64,000 bases of DNA from Octopus vulgaris (GCA_951406725.2 OX597814.1:41540001-41604000); one strand, 5' to 3'; shown: positions 43,690-57,964, counted from the first letter of the stretch. Notes: generated by a model from the letters alone, not told the origin. Numbers and translations are program-made.

Positions 43690-43855
43690 TCCAAAGGTTT
43701 TCTGTTCTGTCTCTTTTTTTCTCGGCTTCCTTCCTGTTGCAGAGCGTAGGCTGGAAACATAAAAGACTTCCTCACTTTCCCGAACGTCAAACTAATATAC
43801 CTGCTTGTTGTTTGTACACCTGAATTTGTCTTTTGTTTTTCTGGAATTTTCAATT
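43690..43855 (+). mobile_element. PLE-like 3' fragment with CUGUYGA-type HHR-like motif (family copy 1, decayed)
   Basis: ttc-CTGTTGC-agagcgtaggctg-GAAACATA-aaagac...; homologous to 48955-49090 and 58921-59095. Confidence 0.55.
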
Positions 43856-44799
43856 ATATACATACACACACATGCTAACATATGTGTTTGTATATGTGTG
43901 TGTTACACGTGCGCACGTGTTTTTGAGCTTGTGCGTGTGTTTGACTTTGTTTCTTAGTCAATGAGAGATAATTATTTACATTTCAGCATTTGCCTAATGA
44001 AGGCTCTTTTCGAATGAAACTAAATTTCAATTAATATTACTGTTAAGCGTGAACTGTTTAGAATTTCTCATTCTGCTCTTTATATTTTCTTTTTTTCATT
44101 TAGCTCTAAACGTTTATAGAATGGAAATATTGACACATTTTGGATTCAGCCTGTTTTTAAATGCCTCCAGAAAGTAAACCCCTTGAAGAACGATGTATCT
44201 CTATCTGCTTGTGTTAATGTAATGAAATTCTAGCCTGGACATATATACTCTATCACAATACAGACATTCTATGCAGCATATTAGATTTATGTTCTTACAT
44301 CTCATATTTGCATTTGTAAATATTTGTCATCTGGCCATTAAGTTGATAATAATATCCACCATGTATACAATGACATATACTGCAATGTTACTCATGGCAT
44401 TTACTGTTTGCAAATTTATTATTGCTTTTGTTTAACACAAAGTTTGGTTTAGTCAAAAACTGTTTAAAATTTTTCGCTTTACGTTTGTGGCAATAAGTTT
44501 TCGACTCGTAATAAAATATTTTATTTATAACATTCAGTAATAAAAAGCAAATTTGACTTGACAACGTTGAAAAATCATGTTTATGTGGTTTATGAGTTAC
44601 TATAAAACACAGACACAGACACGCACACATACATACAAACACACACATACACACACGTATAGATCTTGCGTTCCTCTTTGATGGGTTGCTCGAATTTTTC
44701 CTATAACATACAACAAACTCGAGCGATAAATAAAAGGTTGCTTCCTTGACAAGGGTAACTCTTATCGAGTATATGGTCACATGCGATATTGCTTAGCAC

Positions 44800-45700
44800 C
44801 AAGATACATTACAAGAAATGTAAAATTTGTCATGAAGTTAGGCGTGCCTTTCTGACACACATGCGGTCTGTACTCATCGAAACTATGGGTCGTGACTAAA
44901 AGTTGCATTAAATCGCTATTGAATAATCAATAGTATAAATATCTAGGACTGCTAGAAGACGATAGGATAGTGGAAGGAGAAATGAGAGAGGTCACTAAAG
45001 AGTACAAGAGGAAAATTGGAAAGATACTCGAAATATCATGGTAACTATAAATATATGGGCTATACCAGTTTTGAGATATTCTGTTCCCTTTCTGAAATTC
45101 ACAATGCTGAAGCTACAGAGCTTCGATACAAGCACTAGAAAACTGCTCACAATGCACAACGAACTTTAGACCGACTCTTCCATCCGAGAAAGTAAGTTGG
45201 CAGAGGATTTCTAAAGGCAGAAGACACGCTTTAATATTGTGACATTGGCCCAGATAATTATGTTGCGCAGACTAAAACCAATATACTAACGGCAGCCAGA
45301 GATATCCAGTAAGTGAACAAAGTAGCAAGATAATCGAAAGAAAAGAGAATGAACAACAGAGTCAACAGATGGCGAGAAATGGAACTACATTACCAATTAA
45401 TGCAGCAAAACACACCTTGATTGCAAATGTAGAATCTGAAAAAAAGGAGAGGAAAGTATCAATCACCTTTTGAGAGTGTGCAGTAGATTAGGCAAAAGAG
45501 ATTATAAACGCAGACAGTGAAGGCTACAGAGCGTATTGGTACGTTAGCCAAGAATATGGCTTCAAATCAAGAGAAAAGTGGTGTCAAGAAGTACCAGAAG
45601 TAATAAAAATGGGAATGAGATCTTGTGGGATTTTCCCCATAAAGAATGGCCATATTATTGAAGTAAAACAAATGGATAAGAGCATAGCGGAAAAAATAAA
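44800..45700 (+). pseudogene. R4/Dong-type retroelement relic (RT thumb to RLE start)
   Basis: YKYLGLLE...EYKRKIGKIL...INIWAIPVLRYS...TRKLLTMH...EKWCQEVPEVI...ILWDF. Confidence 0.75.
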
Positions 45701-45787
45701 CAGGACGTATGTATGTATTAATGTATGTATGCATGCATGTATGTATGTATGTATGTATGTAGGTATTAATGTATGTATGTATCTATG

Positions 45788-45821
<34 letters not shown>

Positions 45822-46139
45822 TGTATGTATGTATGTATATATATATCTATGTATGTACGTACTATGCATGCATGGTTTTTCGTTTCTGCTGTAAGTTCTC
45901 CTTAAAATTAGATCAAGCGGGCCGCTAAAAACGCGATATGGCATTTTGAGTTAAGAGACTGTTCGGCGTTATTGAATATGTAGGTTGTGTGGCTGTAGGG
46001 GTTAAGCTGTCGATGTACACACCTTAAAGTGTAGAGGTATTCACCTGAAAAATCGCAGATAGAAAAATCATGAGACCGTTCTACACATTTTACTACGTCA
46101 CTAATTGTTGGGTTTGGAAACTTCATGTCAATTTCTTTT

Positions 46140-48840
46140 CTCTTTCTTCAAAACACCTAGTATTTCTAGGTTTTGTGTAAATGTGTAAGCATATACCCTA
46201 ATGAAGCTACGATAATAGGTACAAATGAGAAATTGTAACCAGGGTACAAGATCTGTAAGTTCCGCATTAATTCACTATACATATTTTCTTTTTCCTGGTC
46301 ATTTGTTTGTACATTCACAACCGTTCGGAAGCTGACCTCCACAAGTTTATACAACTTTTGTTCCATTGCTATGTTTGCACCGAAACGTTCACTTCATTGG
46401 TGTGTTCCACCAGTATTCTCTGTTTATAAATGTTTGAATACACAATCGTTCTTACGTACCAACCTGTGATGTATATGGGAGGGTAACTGTTCCTGTGGAT
46501 AGTATTGTAAATACTATTTGCAACTATATCACACCCTCAACAGATGGTATGTTTTAGATATCCTGAGGAAGGTGCTGATGATGTGGATGATATCTTCTAC
46601 ACTGTTATCACAAGCAGACATTTTCTATCTCGTCGTGGTGGTTTGGTGATATGTGTGTGTCTTTTATTCATCAGGCATTTCGTAACCACCTACAGTTCCT
46701 GGATAGCGATAGCAATTTCCTTTTGGACAGGATGTAATGCAGCTATCAGGCCATGATATACTGCGGAATATGTACCCATGCGTTCCCTTTTCCCTTAAAT
46801 GAAACAATTATATTCTCAGAGTACATGCACAGTAATTCTTCTCCAAATTGGAAAATGCTGCTGCTCTCACTTTTGAGTACGCATGGAATGCACTTAGTTC
46901 TTTATTTACTGCTCACCAGGTAATGACTGAGTGAAAAAATGCAATATTCGAAGCCTGTTGATATTGATTTTATGCCATTACCGATATCATTTCGTCTCAC
47001 ATATACCCTATCGATGCGGACGTTGCTTATGTCGGTTAGCACTTTTCTAGTTTCGACGTCCAGGCTGCAGATCTTGTTAAATGTCCAGTTCAATATCCCA
47101 AATGTTGGTACTAGCAGTAGCACTACAAATATATAGTGGGATATATTCTTGCTAAATGGAGACAGTTTTGGGTTCCATATTTTCCGGAGTCTACTAAAGT
47201 ACTATTTTGTTATTCTGGCTTTAGTCACAGTACCTGCATATATATTACTTTCTGAGCGATTCATAGATTACGTAGTTTTCTTCATGAGAGAAAAGTATTC
47301 GTATATATGTTCTCTGCTTGGTCAATAATTTTTCCTCAGTTGACTATCTTGTATCAGCATTTATGTTGCTCTGATTCCATTCCTTTGCCTTCTGAGAATG
47401 TTGTGACTTATTCTAATTGTCTTTTGGTGTAGATTGCATTACCATAATATAACTTTAGATCACCAACAACAGACTAGTGGTTGACATGATTACCTTAATT
47501 TTATTCTTTTCTGCATATCGCAGCATGAAGTCTTTCCATTTTGTTAATAGCGCTGGCAAATGTTCACTGCAAGTATATTACAGATAAACCCTAGGATACA
47601 GCATTTTTCCTACGCTTCTGGTTACAGGTGATGCCTTATGGGAAGATTATATCTGGAAGGTATTCTCAAGCAATAATATGGTGTATTATATGTATGTATG
47701 TAGGGACGGTTGGATGTATATATTTATACGCATATGCATATATAGATAAACACACACACGCTCACACACAAACTCACACACATTTATGCAAATATATCTA
47801 CATGTGTACGTGAGTATGTGTCTGTGTGTAAGTATGCATGTATGTATGCATGCGTGTGTATGTTTGTCTATGTATAGATATATGCATTCTAGGCAAGATA
47901 CGATAGCGAACTGATGATTTGGTAACGCCTATTGAGGCTGTTTTCTTTTTGAAATAGTTGACAATATGATAACCTCTTCTACTATTCCTTACATACAACC
48001 GTTCTATGGAACACGTAATTTTCATATATTTGATAGCTGTCATAACCTTCGAAAAGGGTAATTATTGAGATTAGTGGTCAACCGGAAATATGATCCCTAC
48101 TTAATTCTTCAGTTTCCCAAAGAACCAAGGAAATTCAAATTCAATCAGTATCACGCTAAATCCGCTAAACGATTCTTTCTCTTCATGGTGCACATTCTTG
48201 CTTTTACGAGAACTTCTGCATTTGCTGTTTTTACGTCATCTCTGCAATATACACAATGAACAGGAACACCCTTAGTTTTCAATTTATCGCTATCATGGAC
48301 GTCAATACTTAATTGTTAATGTTTCTTTGCAAATTACCTTTCTTGAAAATATCTAGTAAGCTCAAAGTTTTCACTCCTTGGCAATTATCTTTCTAGAAGG
48401 ATATATTCCAATCATTGTATCTCCTATTCTCAGAAGTCGTTATCAAGCTCAGCTCTCTAGTATATAGTGAGCGGTTGATAACTTCAACCATGAATAACTG
48501 TCAGTACTCCCTTTGGCCCAAGTAGATTTTAGCGGTATTTTGTTCTACTATGCCAGTCACCATAGGTTTTGCATTTGGGATGTTGACTGATTAATGTTTT
48601 ACTAGTCCTTGATATCTGTATATCATTATATAAATCTACAGTAAGAATATTCTATCTAAGGTATATGTTAACGGTTTCATCCAGCTCTCATTTGCTGATT
48701 TAAATATATCCATGAAATAGTCGCAAAGTAAGACTGCGCCGATCCACTCTCAAGCTCATATGCTTTCTATCGGGATTTCTCCTATGTTATGTACGTCAGT
48801 TTTTGTCTTGTACATTCCAAAATGCTATGCTGCCATCCCT
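46140..48840 (-). pseudogene. Heavily decayed R4/Dong-like retroelement, interrupted by a microsatellite at ~47690-47890
   Basis: KYMKITC (YRPITC-like) ~48030; DLKLY ~47455; LVPTFGILNW...IDRVYVRR; CDNSVEDIIHIIS knuckle; YSELMRNLQILYPGYNFSFVPIIVASLG. Confidence 0.7.
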
Positions 48841-48920
48841 TTCCTCTTTCATACGTAGAAATTGTATGTTTAAACCAAGGAATATTATTTTAAGGAAAAG
48901 TATAGAGTATTAGCTAATTG

Positions 48921-48954
<34 letters not shown>

Positions 48955-48956
<2 letters not shown>

Positions 48957-49090
48957 CGGGAAGGTTAACGAAAATAAACAAAAGACGAAGGCAGGTGGAG
49001 TACAAATAAACAAATGTATTAGTATAGCGCTCAGGAATAGAAATAGAACACGTCTTTTACGTTTCGAGCCTACGCTCTTCGACAGAAAAA
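48955..49090 (-). mobile_element. PLE-like 3' fragment with CUGUCGA HHR-like motif (family copy 2)
   Basis: Minus strand ttt-CTGTCGA-a-gagc/gtag/gctc-GAAACGTA-aaagac. Confidence 0.6.
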
Positions 49091-50220
49091 TATATGTGTG
49101 TGTGCGTGTGTGTGTGTGTGTGTTCGTTAAAAATCATGCCAGTTATATATATATATATATATATATATATGGTGCTCTCAGTACTGGACATACTTTTCAG
49201 GCTATATAAACTGATCATTCTGTATTATATGTATAAAGAGCTATTCAAGATTTTCCTATTAGCTCTGTTCCAAAATGTAGACAAATACACTTTCGGTATG
49301 AGAAACAGACTTTTACAAATGCATAGGAAGTTTTAAATATTTAGGCAACCAGCCGCATCTCCAGAGCATGTTTAGTTCCATTAAAGAAGACTTCCGCACT
49401 GCAATCTCTGCTACTCTGCAATCCGTTAACTATTCGAAGAGTATGTGTGCTGATATTAGTTAATTTTCTCAGTGATTAGTTTTGCAGCAGCCAATGTCAT
49501 GCTGCTCGTGATAAACTTAGTAAGGCATCTGTCTCATAATTTAATTAGATATATTAGAACAAAAGTATCCGAACGTATACATCTTTAGACCATAAACAAC
49601 AGACGGTTATCTCTAATTAGAAATACACGTTAATACTGAAAATGATGCGCATATGTGTCAACTGAGATTAACTTCTGCTGGTCCATTCGATTGTCTTTTT
49701 CACAATATGCACTAATCGCAATTTTCAAGAACTCTCTATGCTTTATTAGTGTAGACTTTCATATTGAAGAAATGAGTTCTATTACACATTATCTCTTATT
49801 GGAATTGCATTGCATTTGATGAGACTTGAAAATCGTGGATTCTTTTAAGACACATGAAATTGCTTGCATCCCACTTCTGACAAGTTCATCGACTGATTTT
49901 TCGCATGTGGAAGTTAAAGTAACGGATCACGTCGCATGATATTAACTTGCTGTAAAGTTTTGTGAACTGAACTACTTACATATTGTTTAACTTTACATAA
50001 TCTGAATTGCAAAAAAGAAATAAAGAACGTTTGATATATTTCTAATATAAATGGTAGCATACCATACGTCCATGTTATACAGTTGTCAATGTATTCAATC
50101 TATTTCTAGAAAATACGTACATGCATATGCATGTATGGGTATATATTATATATCTGTATATATAATATATGTGTATACATATGAATACAATTTATATATA
50201 TATATACATACATATGTATA

Positions 50221-50266
<46 letters not shown>

Positions 50267-50350
50267 GGTCCCGGGTTGAGTCGGGGTTAACCACAGTAAA
50301 TAAAGGTACTCAATACATAGCAGAGTAAATTAATTTATTTTATAGAAGGG

Positions 50351-50399
50351 GCTTCTACAGGACTAGAACTGTTTCATTCAAATGAAATCATCAGGAAGC
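50351..50399 (-). ncRNA. Type I hammerhead ribozyme motif (opposite arm)
   Basis: Minus strand gcttc-CTGATGA-tttcatttgaat-GAAACag-ttctagtc-ctGTA-gaagc. Confidence 0.72.
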
Positions 50400-50446
50400 T
50401 TCCTGATGATTTCATTTGAATGAAACAGCTCTGGTCCTGTAGAAGC
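50398..50446 (+). ncRNA. Type I hammerhead ribozyme motif
   Basis: gcttc-CTGATGA(50403-09)-tttcatttgaat-GAAAC(50422-26)ag-ctctggtc-ctGTA(50439-41)-gaagc: stem I 5 bp, stem III 4 bp. Confidence 0.72.
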
Positions 50447-50466
50447 CCCTTCTATAAAATAAATAA

Positions 50467-50499
<33 letters not shown>

Positions 50500-50501
<2 letters not shown>

Positions 50502-52065
50502 GTATGTAAATACGTGTGACAATTACTCGGTAGCCATGATAAAATTTCGATCTTCGGATACCGAGTCAGGAACCCACGCCAGCATATCGTCAGTCATCGG
50601 GCCATCGAAAACACTGGATGGGCACACCGAGTGGAGTGACAGAGAAGTAAAAATACCACTATTAAGTCTTAAGGTGACGATCAGGGGCGCAAGATCTATG
50701 GACAGGATGAGATGCAAAAGGTATTCTACCAGCATTTCGCACGGTTGTTAGGGGAGAATGGTCCGCTTGATCACGGGAAAGCCTTCAAGGTCTTTCTACC
50801 GCGGAGGTAAAATAGTTGTTGGCCGTGTGCGCCGGAGAAACGTCACCGGTGCTAGATGGTCTGTCCTCTGAGTTTTATCGTAGCTTGCCTGACTTGTTCT
50901 GCAAGCGTCTATACAAATTGGCAACAGAATGAGAGAATTTCCAGTGCTATGAGCCGGGGGGTGGTGACGCTGCTCCAGAAGGACTCGAGCAAGGGGGATA
51001 GTGTTAGTAACTACAGGCCCATAACTCTACTTAATGCAGAGTAAAAGATTTTGTCCAAGACGGCTGTCGTGGAGAAACTTGTCGGGAGAGACAGACATGT
51101 GCAATACCGGGTAGGTCGATCCAGGACAATCTTCACCTCATCTGCTACACCTTAGAAGGGTTGTGTAAATTAGCCGGCAAATGTGGGGCAATGGTCCATT
51201 TAGACAAAAGTAAAGCATTTGATAGGGTTGACCATCAGTACCTGTCGGCGGTCCTCGAAGCGGGTGTGCTGGGCTCGAACTTCCGCAGGTGGATGTCCGC
51301 TATGTACAGCGGTATCAATTCCATAGTCCAGATAAACGGTTACCTGATGGAGCCGTTTTCGATCAAGCGCTCAGTTTGTCATGGGTGTCCCTTGTCTCTG
51401 CTTGTGTATGTTTTGGCTCTTGAGCCATTGCTGCGGAAGTTGGAGAGGTTGGGAGGTAACACTGATGAAATCGGAGGCAGAAGCCTGTTTCTGCTTAAGC
51501 GGACGACGTCGTGTTCATCGTGTCCAATGAAGCACAGCTACCTCGTGCAGGAAATGCTATCAGAGGATCCGAGGCGGTGACAGGAGCAAAAGTTGACGAA
51601 AACAAATCGATCGGCTTGCGCCTCGGCACCTTGAGGAGCAAGTCGATATCGGCAGCGTCGTGTGGCTCTGGATTGATGGTCCTGTTAAGTTGCTTGGAGT
51701 TTGCTTTGGACCGGACTCCCAGACGTAGAAGAATTGGTGCGAGGTGGGAAAACAAGGTAATATTCCGGACTTGGTCCGGAAAACCTCTGTCCTTCAAAGG
51801 AAGGGCGGAGGTGGTGCAGGTGTTCATTGCATCTATAATCACCTACCACCTGGATAAGCAAGTTGGAACGACTCATTTTACGCTTTTTGCAGGAGGGAGG
51901 AAAGCCACTTGTGAGGCGCTCCGTTTGCTGCCAGGAAGCGTTAAAGGGTGGGTTAGGGATGCCTTTGGTAATGATGCGCAAACACGCGTTGATGTTGAGA
52001 CATCTCTGGTACCATCTGGAAGGTGATAAGGTGTGGTGCCCGCTGGTGGAGGGATTCTTCCTTCT
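50500..52065 (+). pseudogene. L1/Tx1-clade LINE RT relic
   Basis: SPVLDGLSSEFY, NYRPITLLNAE*KIL, LDKSKAFDRVDHQYL, RSVCHGCPLSLLVYVLALEPL, A*ADDV, GGLGMP. Confidence 0.88.
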
Positions 52066-53050
52066 ACCGACTACTAAACATTTAGTGGCGGGAAAAACTC
52101 TAGATATATTAGGAGACTTTAACACTATTCTCTACGAACGAGTGGTAGTGTTGGCGCGGCTTATAGAACGGTAAATTCTGACTTTAAAAGGACATGGCCT
52201 AATAACGACGGTTCATACAAATCTTATTTAGACATGATAATTCTTAGAGATAGCGATAAAGGTAGTTGTCCACGCTTTTTTTGTGTCCCTACACGGACCA
52301 CAATTTTGTGACGAATATGGTGTACCTCGTAAAGTATGATAGACAGGGACCTCGATATAAGACGAACAAGTCTATTTTATTGGTAAAAACCTTCCGTGCT
52401 CGGGTTAATCAGTTAGTCCGAAGGGCATTAACAGGCGCCATTTTCAATGATAGTTGGTGTACCCTCAAACGAGCCATTCGTTTTGAGTGTATTAGATTTA
52501 TTAAGCAGTTAAATCTAGACAAGACTAGATAACAAGGGACGTTAAACTAAGGCATTAGATAAAGTCATGAAGTCTGACTCTGCATCCAGACTGATGGCGG
52601 CGAGAGAGATTTTGTACCGTAATCTCAAAGCCAAGCACGAAGGGTGTAGGGTCAGAGCTAAACTTCGTGCGGTGGGAAGAGGATGTATTAATGTTGACGG
52701 ATGAGCACATCGTGTGGAGAATCAGAGAAGCCTCTATTAAGTGTATAACAGACTAACAGGGTTGTTTGATGGAGGGACAAGGGGAGATGTGAAAGGCTTT
52801 TTACTAGTATTTCGCCCGGTTGTTCTGGAAGAACGGCGGACTGGATCGTGGGGAACCTGCAAAGGAGTTCCTTGCCGGTAGGCCACGACTCTCAGCTTGG
52901 AAGGCGGAATGCTGTGAAATGTCGATTACGGCTACGGGGGTTGAAGAGGCTGAGTACGCCAGGGACAAATGGCTGGGGCTGGGTGGTCTTCTTACGAATT
53001 TTGTTTTAGTATGCCAGACTTCTTTGGACACTTGCTGGCCTGCGTCTTCA
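52065..53050 (+). pseudogene. L1/Tx1-clade LINE APE endonuclease C-half + linker relic (second, diverged copy)
   Basis: ILGDFNTIL, TWPN..SYKSYLD, YTDHNFV, GPRYKTNKSIL, FARLF...EMSITATGV. Confidence 0.75.
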
Positions 53051-53068
53051 CAAGTAAGTATTCGTAAG

Positions 53069-53176
<108 letters not shown>

Positions 53177-53449
53177 TTATGTTACTATTTCTGTATATTC
53201 CACAGATGAAGCAAAGCACTTCTTATCTGAGATCTGGAATTATCCATTAATTTTTTGCTAGTTAATTTTGTCCATTTGTCTTCTCTCCTGATGTTGTATG
53301 AACATTTTATGTGGTTTTCGTGTAAAGATTTGGCTGCTATATCTAGCGCGGAAATATCTTTTAGATACCCTAAATTGAAGCATCAAAGCAGTCTGGTATT
53401 ATATCCGCACAGTTCGAAGTAACTTGAATAAAATCAGAATAACCAACAG

Positions 53450-53680
53450 TGTGTCAAGAAATGATGCAGTACTACTGTCTGAAGCGGTTCCATTCAAGTG
53501 AACCATGCAATCATTACATCAATTTAAATGCAACGCTATCATCAGCTACAGAAATATATAGAATTTTAATCTGTCGTACACAGTAATATAATTTTATTCA
53601 AATACTTTAACAGGGCAAAAAGATGGAAGAAATCCATGTTGTCCCTATTGTAGCTAGAGATATTCTACACTTCCGAGAAA
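53450..53680 (-). pseudogene. Second copy of the 37775-38012 decayed (probably PLE RT) fragment
   Basis: Colinear similarity over ~230 bp. Confidence 0.45.
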
Positions 53681-53722
53681 AGTAAGAAGATTTCTGGGGT
53701 AATAACACACACACACACATAT

Positions 53723-53940
53723 CTCTTTCACTCTTTCACTCTTTTACTTGTTTCAGTCATTTGACTGCGGCCATGCTGGAGCACCGCCTTTAGTCGAGCA
53801 AATCGACCCCGGGACTTATTCTTTGTAAGCCCAGTACTTATTCTATCGGTCTCTTTTGCCGAACCGCTAAGTGACGGGGACGTAAACACACCAGCATCGG
53901 TTGTCAAGCAATGCTAGGGGGACAAACACAAACACACAAA
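53723..53940 (-). mobile_element. SINE family A 3' half (young)
   Basis: Reverse complement of the 38015-38246 type; tail gactgaaacaagtaaaagagtgaaagagtgaaagag. Confidence 0.9.
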
Positions 53941-53974
53941 CATATACACACACACTTATATATATATATATATA

Positions 53975-54439
<465 letters not shown>

Positions 54440-55442
54440 CTTTTCGAATGTAAAAAATGAAAGATTACGTAGAAACTGCTATATCTCTTTGGTCTTACGT
54501 CCAATATGGTCTCAAGTCTTGTCTTCCAATATGGGAATCGATATTCCTTAGAAAATAACGCTTTATGCCGTCAGATTATCAGAAAACGTTAAATTCTATA
54601 TATATTTGAATTGGATCATTGAAATGAAGCCTGAGACAAATTTACATCAATCCTTTACGTGTTTCATTTTCTAAGAGCTTTAAACAAGCTTTAACATCTT
54701 TACACCCAGAAATATTTACTCTACCGTGACCTTTGCTTCATAACTTTCTAACGAACTCAGAAAACCCCAAAGTAAATATGCTGACATTTCACTTATATTA
54801 AATATTATATACATATGTTGAATACGTGTTTTATCGCTTTCTCTCAATATCTATGGATTTGGTGAGCATTTGAACTTCAGTCTCTGTCTATCATCTTCAT
54901 ATTTTCCTTGACACTTTCACTCTCTTCCAACACAGACCATTCCACACACAGCGTAATATGCAAGTTTACATAGAGAGAGCTATATTCCCTGCAGTCTTAA
55001 GCTACAACGTAATTTTCGTATATTACTTGAAGCTATTTTAATTCTCATCGGTTTTCATAAATTCCCTCTAAACATTACGGAAGTCCTAACATTGAATAGT
55101 CTCGTATTAATAAAGTGGAGAATTTATTTTCCATGAAATAAAACTATTTTGATCATGATGAAAAAATATTTATAACTAATATAGTCGTACTATTTTTACA
55201 CACATTATATTATAATGCCCATCAAAGGATAGGATAAATCCATACAAAAGACGCATTTCTATGGCTTTATTTAATTTGTAACATACCAGGTACAACAACT
55301 GTTAAACTCAGTGACTATACGCACAGACATGGCTGCTTCGTTAAGAGGCTCACTTTGCAACTTGGTTGTTTTGGATTCAGTTCCACGGCACGTCATCTGG
55401 TCAAGTAATTTGTAATATAGCTCACAGCAGAGTAATGCCTTA

Positions 55443-55527
<85 letters not shown>

Positions 55528-55859
55528 GTATATGCATATATAGTATATATATATGTATAAAATTGTAAATAAGAACTTTATGAAATAATATAATGTGTGT
55601 AAAAATAGCATGACTATATTAGTAATAAATACTTATATTAGTAATTAATAATAATAAATTAATAATAGAAGGGTAAAATGCATTAATTTAATTAATTAAT
55701 TAACAATTTTACCAAGTAGATCAGTACGTTAAAATAACCTTTATAGGTAAAATTATCCACATAATTATAATTAGCTATAATTGTAATTATAATCAGGTAA
55801 CTGCTTCAACACATACCAAAATTAGAAATACGAGTTAAAAGTTCCTTTTCTGCTACTAT

Positions 55860-56210
55860 AAGAATCTCCATGACGGTAAACTGCGACCATGTCATAGAGA
55901 ATATGAAGCTTGACGAAGTCTTAATTGACAAAGATACAAACTATGCTGGATCATAGATATAGCATGCCCAGCTGACAACAAGGAATACGATAAGGAAGAG
56001 AGAAAAGTCGAAAGATATTACAGGTTAGATTTGGAGGTTAAGTCGTTTTGTTCGCTGAAAAGGGTGGTAGTAGTACCAATAATTGACGGAGCCCTGGGAA
56101 CAGTGAATAAACATCTTGAGAAGTTCGGGGAAAAAAATAATGGTTGCAATAAGGGTGGAGCACTTGCAGAAAACAGCACTGCTTGGGACCGCTCGAATAC
56201 TCTTTGAGGC
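55860..56210 (+). pseudogene. R4/Dong-type RLE endonuclease relic
   Basis: CWIIDIACPADNKEYDKEERKVERY..LEVK...VVVPIIDGALGTV...LQKTALLGTARIL. Confidence 0.85.
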
Positions 56211-56583
56211 TATGTTTGTCCTCCACCGGCGATTGGTAACTGGTGTTGGTGTGTTTATCTCTAAGTATATTAGCGTTTCGACAAAAGTTTTCGACTGAGT
56301 AAATTTCAGGTTTAACAAAAATAATTATTGGCGTGAATTTGTATAGAAATTCTAGGAGGTGCCGTATTATTCACTGTTATTTCCAGCAGGTAGACATACT
56401 CAGTATGCTCTTGGATTAATTTTAATCATCTAGCTATTTAATGCTCTCTGGGGCCTAAAATCCCCTATTTTATTGATTCTGTTATTATCATTTTTAAATT
56501 GATACACTTGATAGCAATAGAGTCAATGGTATTTTCGCAAATTATTTTTTCCTGAATTATTTTTCTCGTGAATTATTTGCCCC

Positions 56584-56647
<64 letters not shown>

Positions 56648-56689
56648 CAAGCTTTATGCTATCAGCATGCAAAACTAAATGCAATACCC

Positions 56690-57487
56690 AATAAATACAC
56701 TGGACCTGGAGGGATTGCAATCCCAGAGGCACAATCAGTGCGAGACCTGGGTATTTACATGAGTAATGATGCAACCTTTCATGTGCATGTTAGTAAATTG
56801 GCAATGAAATGTAGGCGGCTGACCGGATGGATACTGAAAGCTTTCAGAACATGATACCAGGAGACCATGATGGTCCTCTGGTGGACACTTGTCCTAATCC
56901 ACTTTGACTATTGCTCTCAGCTATTGTCACCAACCAGTGTCAAATTAATCACAGAACTTGAAGCAATCCAACGAAGCTACACAAAGAAGATAGCTTCTAT
57001 GCAGCATGTAAGATATTGGGAAAGACTCAAGAGATTAAGACAATATTTCTTAGGGCGTAGGCGAGAAAGATATGCCATAATATACATCTGGAAGATCCTG
57101 GAAGGAAGTGTCCCAAACTTTGGCATCGAGAGTTACACATATACTAGAACTGGGCGTCACGGCATAGTGCCAAAAACTCCAAATTTGCCATCAAGATGTT
57201 GGACAAGATACTGCAATAGTCAGGGCTTCAGAGGTCCACAGCTCTTGAATATCCTTCCGAAGGACCTGAGAGACCTGCACGGGGTGGATACGGATGTCTT
57301 TAAAATAAAGCTGAACCTCTTTCAGTCAGTTGTCCCAGATGAGGGCAGCTCCATCAAACTCTCTCATGCACCAAATGTCAATTGCTGAATAACATTCGTG
57401 AAGTAAAATTATGTAGCAACACCGAATGACAGTGCACCAGCATGGCCACAGCTCGTGAGCTGAAACTAGATGTAAATGAGAAAAAGA
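56690..57487 (+). pseudogene. 3' fragment of a CR1/L2-group LINE
   Basis: VRDLGIYMSND...DYCSQLLSP...RRRERYAIIYIWKILEG...GFRGPQL; 3' tail gacagtgcaccagcatggccacagctcgtgagctgaaac. Confidence 0.88.
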
Positions 57488-57553
57488 TGATATATATAGA
57501 GAGAGACAGAGAGTGAAATAGAAACATATGCACACAGTCAGATACATAGATAT

Positions 57554-57646
<93 letters not shown>

Positions 57647-57821
57647 TTGTACTTGTTTCAGTCATTTGACACTGGAGCACCGCCTTTAGAGTGGTGAAAG
57701 AGTACAGCAGGGATCACCACCTCCTGCCGGATAGCTTTTATATCAATAAACACACACAACGCCCGGTCTATATCCTCCGACCGCAAGTCCGCTGCCCTAC
57801 TAGGCCATTATATATATATAT

Positions 57822-57857
<36 letters not shown>

Positions 57858-57873
57858 ACAGATAGATAGATAT

Positions 57874-57920
<47 letters not shown>

Positions 57921-57921
57921 T

Positions 57922-57964
<43 letters not shown>

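Larger units (their letters stand above)
50265..50464 (-). mobile_element. Palindromic double-hammerhead mini-element, copy 2
   Basis: Arms 50333-50398 / 50399-50464 (2 mismatches), centre aag|ctt; the long arm continues to 50265; inserted in (TA)n. Confidence 0.8.

Noticed and set aside
53196-53240. HHR-like ttcca-CAGATGA...GAGATC-tggaa
   Set aside because: Core and stem III are too degenerate to call from one copy.
53614-53681. Apparent exon (tttaacag|...AA|gtaaga)
   Set aside because: Lies inside a dispersed repeat also present at 37775-38012, where the donor site is absent; better explained as a minus-strand retroelement relic.
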